A stretch of DNA of 64,000 nucleotides, taken from the NCBI GenBank assembly GCA_947647505.1, contig CANSKO010000009.1, forward strand, positions 20,119 to 84,118, in the 5' to 3' direction. The notes beneath the pieces were generated by a model. It ran no database searches and was not told where the DNA came from. It saw nothing but the letters and a program-made list of their open reading frames with translations. Below are positions 31,672 through 39,411 of this stretch, piece after piece (the stretch's first letter is position 1; each line of letters starts with the position of its first letter). The translations under genes were made by a program, and so were the position numbers. This DNA comes from an uncultured Roseburia sp. GTDB lineage: Bacteria > Bacillota > Clostridia > Lachnospirales > Lachnospiraceae.

Positions 31672-32669
31672 ACGGAAAACAGGTGTTATACAGCGGCATG
31701 CAGGCGACGGGAACGCTTACGCTTGGCAATTATCTTGGCGCGCTGAAAAACTGGGTGAATCTGAACGAAGAATACGAATGCATCTATGGCGTTATGGATC
31801 TGCATTCCCTGACGGTGCGTCAGGAGCCGGCGGCGTTTCGAAAGAATGCCAGGTCGCTGTATGCGCTGTATGTGGCGGCGGGGCTTGATCCGGAAAAGAA
31901 CTGTATCTATTATCAGTCTCATGTATCGGGGCACGCCGAGCTGAGCTGGATTCTGGGTTGCTTTACGTATATGGGGGAATTGAACCGTATGACGCAGTTT
32001 AAAGACAAGGCTCTGCGGCATGCGGAAAACGTCAATGCGGGGCTGTATACGTATCCGGTGCTGATGGCGGCGGATATTTTGCTCTATCAGGCGGACGTCG
32101 TTCCGGTCGGCGTGGATCAGAAGCAGCATCTGGAAATTACAAGGGACATTGCGCAGCGGTTTAATGCAGTCTATGGCGACGTCTTTACGATTCCGGAGGC
32201 CTGTATACCGAAAGCGGGCGCAAAGATTATGAGTTTGCAGGACCCGCAGAAGAAGATGTCCAAATCCGATGAAAATGCCAATGCGACGATTCTGCTTTTG
32301 GATGATAAGGATACGGTGATCCGGAAATTCAAGCGCGCCGTAACGGATTCGGATACGGTGGTGCGCTATGGAGAGGATAAGCCGGGCATTCGCAATCTGA
32401 TGGATATTTACAGCTGTGTGACCGGAAAGGACTACGCGGCGATTGAAAAAGAATTTGAAGGCAGGGGATATGGAGAATTCAAGCTTGCGACAGGCGAAGC
32501 GGTTGCAGACGAACTGGCTCCTTTGCAGGCGCGTTATCAGGAGCTGATGGCGGATAAAGCGTATCTGGACGGCATGATTCAAAGAAATGATGAAAAGGCG
32601 GAGGGCTATGCAAGAAAGACGCTGCGCAAAGTGCAAAAGAAAGTGGGACTGACGGAGCGCCGTTTTTAA
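31665..32669 (+). CDS. trpS: Tryptophan--tRNA ligase
   Basis: TLGNYLGA, YPVLMAADIL, VPVGVDQKQH, KMSKS. Confidence 0.96.
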   Translation: MLNGKQVLYSGMQATGTLTLGNYLGALKNWVNLNEEYECIYGVMDLHSLTVRQEPAAFRKNARSLYALYVAAGLDPEKNCIYYQSHVSGHAELSWILGCFTYMGELNRMTQFKDKALRHAENVNAGLYTYPVLMAADILLYQADVVPVGVDQKQHLEITRDIAQRFNAVYGDVFTIPEACIPKAGAKIMSLQDPQKKMSKSDENANATILLLDDKDTVIRKFKRAVTDSDTVVRYGEDKPGIRNLMDIYSCVTGKDYAAIEKEFEGRGYGEFKLATGEAVADELAPLQARYQELMADKAYLDGMIQRNDEKAEGYARKTLRKVQKKVGLTERRF

Positions 32670-32717
32670 AATCGTTGTCTGAGAAAATAAAATAAGCGGG
32701 AAAAAAGTTGGAAAGGC

Positions 32718-32745
32718 ACGAACAACATGACCGATTCATAGGATA
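32718..32745 (+). promoter_or_regulatory. sigmaK/sigmaE-type sporulation promoter of sigK
   Basis: AC-17 bp-CATAGGATA matches the sigmaK consensus AC-N16/17-CATAnnnTA. Confidence 0.55.
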
Positions 32746-32772
32746 TATCAAGTAAGTTTTTGAGGTGTCATC

Positions 32773-33399
32773 TTGAAAACTTTTTTATCCCCTCTGAATG
32801 CAACGGAAGAAAAGGAGTATTTAAGACGCCAGAAAGAGGGAGACCCGGAGGCAAAAAAAGCGCTGGTAGAGCGGAATATGCGTCTGGTGGCTCATATATC
32901 CAAAAAATACCAGAACACGGAAGAAGAAATGGAAGATCTGATTTCCATTGGAACGATCGGCCTGATTAAGGCAGTTTCGACTTTTCAGGAAAATCACGGC
33001 AGCAAGCTTGCCACGTATGCGGCCAGATGCATCGAAAATGAACTGCTGATGTATTTTCGCGCGAAGAAGAAATGTTCCAGGGAAGTGTCTCTTTACGAGC
33101 CGATTGGCACGGATAAGGAGGGAAATCAGATTCAGCTGATGGACATCGTCGAAGTGGACGAAAAAGACGTGGTGGAGCAGCTGGAGCTGAAGCGTCAGAT
33201 TATGCGGCTCTATGAGCTGATACCGGACGTACTGGACGAGAGGGAAAAGGAAATTTTAAAGCTGCGGTACGGACTGCGCAACCAAAATCCGGTAACGCAG
33301 CGGGAAATAGCGGAGAAGCTGCATATTTCCAGGTCCTACGTCTCCCGCATTGAGAAAAAGGCGCTGGAGAAGCTGCGAGAGAATTTTGAGCAGGGATAG
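32773..33399 (+). CDS. sigK: Sporulation sigma factor SigK (uninterrupted, no pro-peptide)
   Basis: RNMRLVAHI, DLISIGTIGLIKA, EVSLYEPIGTDKEGN, TQREIA...SRSYVSRIEKKAL; GAGGTG + TTG start. Confidence 0.93.
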   Translation: MKTFLSPLNATEEKEYLRRQKEGDPEAKKALVERNMRLVAHISKKYQNTEEEMEDLISIGTIGLIKAVSTFQENHGSKLATYAARCIENELLMYFRAKKKCSREVSLYEPIGTDKEGNQIQLMDIVEVDEKDVVEQLELKRQIMRLYELIPDVLDEREKEILKLRYGLRNQNPVTQREIAEKLHISRSYVSRIEKKALEKLRENFEQG

Positions 33400-33481
33400 G
33401 CGGCAGAAAAGAAAGATTGTTGAAAAGGGAGATGGAGTCAATTTTGCAGTGGAAAGCGGAATGGACGCATTTCCTTTTTTA

Positions 33482-33510
33482 TTGTAAATAAACAGAAAAT
33501 CAATTATAAT
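33482..33510 (+). promoter_or_regulatory. sigmaA promoter of the defence cassette
   Basis: TTGTAA-17 bp-TATAAT; imperfect palindrome AATCATTTTGATCAAATCGATT overlapping the end of the -10 and continuing downstream. Confidence 0.6.
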
Positions 33511-33549
33511 CATTTTGATCAAATCGATTTTGCATAGGAGACTGCTTTT

Positions 33550-34686
33550 ATGGGAAGAGTGATAAAAACGAGAAGCCATCTTGTTGAGCATGGTGATGAG
33601 CTGGATATAAAGGAGCACGAAGAAGGGAAAGTTTATCCCATGAGCGGAATCAAAGTTGATAAGGGATTTTATTCATTGTTTGAATTAAAACGCCGATATG
33701 ATGCGAAACCAAAGAGAATCATTTTAGACAGCGATTTTCAAAGGGAAGACATATGGCGGAGAGAAAATAAAGCGGAACTGGTAGAGAGCGTATTGATGGG
33801 GCTTCCATTACCCATTTTTTATTTTAATCAGGACAAATATGGAAATTTGATTGTGGTGGATGGACGTCAGCGTTTAACAGCAATGTTCTCCTATATGGAC
33901 GATGATTATAGACTAAATAATCTGAAAATACTCCCCGGACTGAATGATAAGAAGTTTTCCGGGCTGTCTCCGGTACAAAAGACTCAGATAGAAGATTTTC
34001 AAATTCAGGCGCATGTAATTATGCCGCCAACGCCGGATCGGATTAAATTTGATATTTTCGACAGAGTGAATCGTGGAGGAATGCGCCTTAACAGACAGGA
34101 GATGAGAAATGCATTATACCAGGGAGAGGCAACGCGATTAATCAAGCGTCTGGCGGAAAGTAAGGAGTTTTCTGTTGCCACAGGAAAAGCGTTTACACAT
34201 GAGAAGAGGATGAAGGACAAGTATATATTAACCAGATTTATTACATTTTATCTTTATCAGAGGAAGAAGCTGAAAGGTGAGAACGGCGCTGCATACGTAT
34301 ATAGGGATGATATTGATGAATTTCTGGGAATTGGAATGGATACCCTGAATTATATGGATTCGTCAGAGATTTTTAAAATAGAGGCAATGGTGTTAGAGTG
34401 TCTGCAAAAATCATATTATTATTTGGGAGAAGATGGATTTCGATTAAGCGGTGGAGAGAGGCGGTCTCCAATAAATATGAATGTTTTTGAAACGGTGATG
34501 AGCGTGATGCTGTATTTGCCTGTAGAACAAGAGGAATCTAAGGAGCGGGTGAGAGATGCTGTTCACAAATTGATAGACGCCAATGAATTTCGGGAGAATA
34601 TTGGAAATCATCGGGACAGTGCGCTGCGGCTTAAGTGGAGGCTGGAACAGGCAGAACGCATAGGGAGGTCATTTGAAGTATGCTGA
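33550..34686 (+). CDS. DUF262 (ParB-like) protein; Menshen NsnA-like
   Basis: FQR..W, ESVLMGLPLPIFY, VVDGRQRLT, IFDRVNRGG. Confidence 0.85.
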   Translation: MGRVIKTRSHLVEHGDELDIKEHEEGKVYPMSGIKVDKGFYSLFELKRRYDAKPKRIILDSDFQREDIWRRENKAELVESVLMGLPLPIFYFNQDKYGNLIVVDGRQRLTAMFSYMDDDYRLNNLKILPGLNDKKFSGLSPVQKTQIEDFQIQAHVIMPPTPDRIKFDIFDRVNRGGMRLNRQEMRNALYQGEATRLIKRLAESKEFSVATGKAFTHEKRMKDKYILTRFITFYLYQRKKLKGENGAAYVYRDDIDEFLGIGMDTLNYMDSSEIFKIEAMVLECLQKSYYYLGEDGFRLSGGERRSPINMNVFETVMSVMLYLPVEQEESKERVRDAVHKLIDANEFRENIGNHRDSALRLKWRLEQAERIGRSFEVC

Positions 34687-35777
34687 TACAAAAATTACAG
34701 ATTGAGAACTTAAAAAGTATCAAAAATATGGAAATGGAATGTTCGCAGCTGAATCTTCTGATTGGAACAAATTCATCAGGAAAATCATCTGTCTTTCAGG
34801 GACTTTTGCTGGTTGCCCAAAATATGGAGCAGGATTGTGGGTTAAATGGCAGACTGGTATCTTTGGGGACTTTTGCGGAGAGTCGCTGCATATATGAAGA
34901 AAAGAAAGAAATAAAAATTTCTGTTTGGAATGAAGAAAAATGGATTCGTATCATGTTTGGGCCAAAAGAGGATGGAACATTTTTGATACAGAGGGAAACA
35001 GGATCGGAAGATTCCGTGAAATTTTTTGGGGAAGGATTTTGCCTGGAAGAAAGAAATTTTCAATATTTGTCCTGTCATAGAGTAGGTCCGCAGAATATAT
35101 ATGCAAAGAATATGACAATGGAGGATGTAGTAGGAATAGATGGTCAATATGCGATTGCTTATCTGAACAAACATTATGGGGATGTGATCGAACCGGAATT
35201 TTGCAAGGGCAATATAGATTATACGCTTTTGGGACAAGTGAATTGGTGGCTGTCCTATATTGCAGATGCTGAGATAAGCACGGAAGAGATTTTGGGGGCG
35301 GATTTAATAAAGGCAAATTACAGAATGTATGATGTGGCTCGAATCAGGCCGACGAATATAGGATCAGGCATTAGTTATCTGATCAGTGTTTTGATTGTAT
35401 GTCTCTCATCTCCAGAAGAATCTGTAATTGTTCTGGAAAATCCGGAGATTCATCTGCATCCGACTGCACAGGCCAAGCTATGCGAATTTTTATATTTTGT
35501 GTCACAAAATGATCGTCAGCTTTTTATTGAATCCCACAGTGACCATGTATTCAATGGGTTTCGGGCGGGTATTGCATCTTCGGAGATGAATGCTGATGCG
35601 ATTAATATCCAGTTTATCAGTTTGAATGAGGAACATTTGTCACAGACGATGAGGGTGAAAATTGGAAGGATGGGAAGAGTAGAAAATCAGAAAAAGGATT
35701 TGTTTGATCAGTTCGACATTGATTTAAACAGGATGATTGGATTGCCGGGGAGGAAGAATGGAGCTGATATTAAATGA
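34680..35777 (+). CDS. ABC/AAA_21-type ATPase with DUF3696-like C-terminus; Menshen NsnB-like
   Basis: IENLKSI, GTNSSGKSS, NIGSGISY, LENPEIHLHP, IESHSDH, LFDQ. Confidence 0.85.
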   Translation: MLIQKLQIENLKSIKNMEMECSQLNLLIGTNSSGKSSVFQGLLLVAQNMEQDCGLNGRLVSLGTFAESRCIYEEKKEIKISVWNEEKWIRIMFGPKEDGTFLIQRETGSEDSVKFFGEGFCLEERNFQYLSCHRVGPQNIYAKNMTMEDVVGIDGQYAIAYLNKHYGDVIEPEFCKGNIDYTLLGQVNWWLSYIADAEISTEEILGADLIKANYRMYDVARIRPTNIGSGISYLISVLIVCLSSPEESVIVLENPEIHLHPTAQAKLCEFLYFVSQNDRQLFIESHSDHVFNGFRAGIASSEMNADAINIQFISLNEEHLSQTMRVKIGRMGRVENQKKDLFDQFDIDLNRMIGLPGRKNGADIK

Positions 35778-36630
35778 TTTTTCTTTAGATGGACAGTTTG
35801 ATGGAGTGGAGGATTTTGTCAATTACATACGGGATATTTTAGCGCCCTTACTGGATATTATTATAGAGAATGAGATAGTATTTCTTAAAAAATCTGATTT
35901 TTATGGAGCGGCAGTAACGGCAGAGCTATCTTTGCATGACATTATGATGATGGCAAATGAACCGGCAATTTCCCTGCTTAAACAGTATATTGTGAGGCTT
36001 GGATATTGTGAACCATACTGGGATACTGATGTGGCAACAAAAGAAGAAGTTCAATATGGGTATCCGATACATAGAAAAGAGCCAAACTGTTTTACGGAAG
36101 TAATTGAAAGATGTGGAAGGCTGATTTCTTTTGATCATCCAGACTTTAAAGAGGAAAAAATAGGCTGTTCCAGAAATGAAAGAGAGATAGATATTTTAAA
36201 TATTACCGTAGTAGAACAAATATTAAAAGAATATCTTCGGGAAGAAAAGGAAAAAGTTCGATATATTTTAGAAAAATATCCATACAAGAGGTCCGTAATG
36301 TGCGCTGAGGTCAATGGGAGATGCTACGCAAATGAGGCGCTGTGTGAGAATAACTTAAATGAGACGGATTTGATAAATTTTTTAGATGTCGTTTCGAGGC
36401 TGATAGAGGATTTGGAAAATGGAAGAAAAACGGATCTATGGGACAAGCTTCAGGAAGATATTTTTGAACTGAGGATTCGTGTTAGCGCAGGGCGTATATT
36501 TCGATTGTTGTTTGTGCAGTATAATGGTATTTGCTTTTTGAATGGATTTATCAAAAAGACACAAAAAACTCCAATGGATGAGATATATAAAGCATTGGAG
36601 ATTAAAAAGTATATGTATGGAATATCGTAG
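35758..36630 (+). CDS. Effector with C-terminal RelE/HigB (phage Gp49-like) RNase domain; Menshen NsnC-like
   Basis: C-terminal IFELRIRV...RIFRLLF...LNGFIKKTQKTPMDEI; overlaps the ATPase gene. Confidence 0.75.
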   Translation: MELILNDFSLDGQFDGVEDFVNYIRDILAPLLDIIIENEIVFLKKSDFYGAAVTAELSLHDIMMMANEPAISLLKQYIVRLGYCEPYWDTDVATKEEVQYGYPIHRKEPNCFTEVIERCGRLISFDHPDFKEEKIGCSRNEREIDILNITVVEQILKEYLREEKEKVRYILEKYPYKRSVMCAEVNGRCYANEALCENNLNETDLINFLDVVSRLIEDLENGRKTDLWDKLQEDIFELRIRVSAGRIFRLLFVQYNGICFLNGFIKKTQKTPMDEIYKALEIKKYMYGIS

Positions 36631-36669
36631 AAGATTTTTCATCGCTGAAAAATAATTTTTAAAATCTCT

Positions 36670-36711
36670 TTGAAAAAGATGAAATCCGTGTTATACTGAT
36701 TTCATCTTTTT
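36670..36711 (+). promoter_or_regulatory. comM promoter embedded in a perfect 14-bp inverted repeat (operator and/or terminator of the upstream cassette)
   Basis: AAAAAGATGAAATC-cgtgttatact-GATTTCATCTTTTT; TTGAAA-16 bp-TATACT with TGn. Confidence 0.6.
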
Positions 36712-36770
36712 ATCTGAGCAGTTCTGCTGCACAATCCCAATAACAGATTTACATACAGGGAGTGATAAAC

Positions 36771-38294
36771 GTGTACAGTATGGTAAAGACCGCGATTACC
36801 CGCGGTCTGGAAAGCGTGTGCATCCATGTGGAGGCGGACGTCAGCGACGGCATGCCCGTATTTGAAATGGTAGGCTTTCTTTCTTCTGAAGTAAAGGAAG
36901 CGCGCGAGCGCGTGCGCACGGCGCTGCGCGGCAATGGCTTTTCCCTTCCGGCAAAACGCATTACCGTCAATTTGTCTCCTGCGGACGTAAAAAAATCCGG
37001 CTGCGGATTTGACCTGCCGATTGCCGTGGCGGTTTTAGCTGCGCTTGGCGAAATGCCGCAGGAGCAGCTTTCAGATACGCTTGTATTGGGTGAAATCGGC
37101 CTGAACGGAAGCATACAGCCGATACGCGGCATTTTGCCGATTGTGGCATGGGCAAAGGAGCATGGCGTCAAACGCTGTCTGATTCCGTTTTTGAATCAGG
37201 AAGAAGCAAAGCTGATCTCCGGCATAGAGATCTGGGCGTTGCGCAGCTTAAACGAGCTTGTCGCCTGCTTTAAAGGCGGACGCTATCAGGAGAAGAATGG
37301 TGAAGCGAAAAAAGAGAGGATGGAACTGGAAGCCGAACCGGATTTTTCGGAAATCAACGGACAGCGCGCCGTAAAGCGCGCCTGTGAGGTGGCCGTGGCG
37401 GGCATGCATAATTTTCTGATGATTGGTCCGCCGGGCAGCGGAAAGACGATGCTTGCCAGACGCATTCCCGGCATTCTGCCGCCGATGACAGGGAAAGAGC
37501 GTCTGGAAGTTTCCAACATATACAGTATCTGCGGCATGCTGCCGCAAAATGGAAGCCTGATGCAGAAGCGGCCGTTTCGCATGCCGCATCATACAATCAG
37601 CCCAAACGGGCTTTCCGGCGGCGGCAGCCGGCCAAAGCCCGGTGAGATCAGCCTTGCGCACAAAGGCGTTTTATTTTTGGACGAGCTGCCGGAATATAAA
37701 AAGGCAACGCTGGAAATTTTGCGTCAGCCAATGGAAGAAGGACAGATCACGCTGGTGCGGCAGTCGGGCGCGTACCGTTATCCGGCTGATTTTATGCTTG
37801 TAGCGGCGATGAACCCCTGCAAGTGCGGCTATTATCCGGATCGCGCCCGATGCAGCTGCAAAGAAGCGGATGTGGAGCGGTATTTAGGGCGCGTCAGCAA
37901 GCCGCTTCTGGACCGGATTGACATCTGCATCGAAGCGCCGCTCGTGCAATACGAAGAACTGACGCAGACGGGCGAAAATGAATCGTCGTCTGTGATACGG
38001 GAGCGCGTGATGGCGGCTTTAGAGCGGCAGGAGCACAGGCTTGGAAAAAAGGGCGTCCTGTATAACAGTCAGATTGCATCAAAAGACATGGAGACGTTTT
38101 GCAGGTTAAGCGGCAGTCAGAAAACGCATATGAAGGAACTGTATCAGAAAATGGAACTGTCGGCGCGCGGTTATTACAAAATATTAAAGACGGCAAGGAC
38201 GATTGCAGATCTGGAGGATTCGGAAGAAATCAAAGACTGCCATCTGAACGAAGCCATCTGTTACCGCGTACAGGACAGGAAATACTGGGAGTGA
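36771..38294 (+). CDS. comM: YifB/ComM Mg-chelatase-like AAA+ ATPase
   Basis: ITVNLSPAD, GPPGSGKTM, PFRMPHH, LFLDELPE, AAMNPCKCG. Confidence 0.92.
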   Translation: MYSMVKTAITRGLESVCIHVEADVSDGMPVFEMVGFLSSEVKEARERVRTALRGNGFSLPAKRITVNLSPADVKKSGCGFDLPIAVAVLAALGEMPQEQLSDTLVLGEIGLNGSIQPIRGILPIVAWAKEHGVKRCLIPFLNQEEAKLISGIEIWALRSLNELVACFKGGRYQEKNGEAKKERMELEAEPDFSEINGQRAVKRACEVAVAGMHNFLMIGPPGSGKTMLARRIPGILPPMTGKERLEVSNIYSICGMLPQNGSLMQKRPFRMPHHTISPNGLSGGGSRPKPGEISLAHKGVLFLDELPEYKKATLEILRQPMEEGQITLVRQSGAYRYPADFMLVAAMNPCKCGYYPDRARCSCKEADVERYLGRVSKPLLDRIDICIEAPLVQYEELTQTGENESSSVIRERVMAALERQEHRLGKKGVLYNSQIASKDMETFCRLSGSQKTHMKELYQKMELSARGYYKILKTARTIADLEDSEEIKDCHLNEAICYRVQDRKYWE

Positions 38295-38297
38295 CGC

Positions 38298-39386
38298 ATG
38301 CAGGAAGAGACAAAATATCGATACTGGTTAAAATCCGTTCCCGGAATCGGGAATAAAAAGATACGAAAGTTAGTAGAATATTGTGGCAGCGCAAAAGAAG
38401 CGTATGGCCTGAGCAGACGGCAGCTTCTGGAAGCGGATGGGATTTTTGAGCGGGAAGCGGACGCGATTTTAAAGAGCAGGAATGCATTTGATCTGGACCG
38501 GGAGGCTGCCATACTGGAAGAAACAGGCGTTTCTATGGTGACATTGGAGGAAGAGGCATTTCCCCGCCGTCTGCTGGCGCTTTCGGACTGTCCATACGCA
38601 CTGTTTTATAAAGGAACGCTTCCGGCAGAGCAGAAGAAATCGGCGGCGATCGTCGGCGCGCGCGGGTGCTCTTCTTATGGAAGGGCAGTTGGACTTGCGC
38701 TTGGAGAAAAGCTGTCTGCATGCGGCGTAAACATCATCAGCGGCATGGCGTACGGCATTGATTCCTTCGGACATTGGGGCGCGCTGCGCGCGGGAGGAAA
38801 GACGTACGCCGTCTTTGGATGCGGCCCCGACGTCTGTTATCCGCAGAGCGGAAGGCAGCTATATGAAAAGATACAGGAAGAAGGAGCGATCCTTTCAGAA
38901 TATCCGCCAAAGACAAAGCCGGCGGCAGGGCAGTTCCCGGCAAGGAATCGCATCATCAGCGCGCTTTCCGACGTGATTATTGTCGTAGAGGCGAAGAAAA
39001 AGAGCGGTTCTTTGATTACGGCGGATTTCGCGCTGGAGCAGGGGAAGGAAATTTATGCCGTGCCGGGCAGGATGGACGACGCTTTAAGCGCGGGCTGCAA
39101 TGCGTTGATCGCACAGGGCGGCGGAATCGTTTTATCTGCCGACGACCTGCTTGCAGAGCTTGGGATTTCGCCGGAAAAAAGCACGCATCCGGATATAGAC
39201 GAAAAAAAATCACTTGAAAAAGAAGAATCTATGGTGTATAGTTGCTTTGGCTTACATTCCCGCAGCATGGAGGAATTGCTGCATATGACAGGCCTGTCTG
39301 CGCCGGATCTTGCAGATTGTTTAGTCGGGCTGCAGAAAAAGGGCCTTCTGGAAGAATATTATAAAAATTATTACCGTATCAAGTAA
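38298..39386 (+). CDS. dprA: DNA-processing protein DprA
   Basis: AIVGAR, ISGMAYGID, FPARNRIIS, SGSLITA. Confidence 0.95.
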   Translation: MQEETKYRYWLKSVPGIGNKKIRKLVEYCGSAKEAYGLSRRQLLEADGIFEREADAILKSRNAFDLDREAAILEETGVSMVTLEEEAFPRRLLALSDCPYALFYKGTLPAEQKKSAAIVGARGCSSYGRAVGLALGEKLSACGVNIISGMAYGIDSFGHWGALRAGGKTYAVFGCGPDVCYPQSGRQLYEKIQEEGAILSEYPPKTKPAAGQFPARNRIISALSDVIIVVEAKKKSGSLITADFALEQGKEIYAVPGRMDDALSAGCNALIAQGGGIVLSADDLLAELGISPEKSTHPDIDEKKSLEKEESMVYSCFGLHSRSMEELLHMTGLSAPDLADCLVGLQKKGLLEEYYKNYYRIK

Positions 39387-39411
39387 AACAAGCATAAAGG
39401 AGTCTTATGTT

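Noticed and set aside
32773-33399. Defence cassette as a skin-like element
   Set aside because: sigK is complete and the cassette lies downstream of its stop; no recombinase
33419-33440. Weak similarity between TTGAAAAGGGAGATGGAGTC and TTGAAAAAGATGAAATC (36670) as att sites of the defence cassette
   Set aside because: Short, gapped and AT-rich; no integrase nearby
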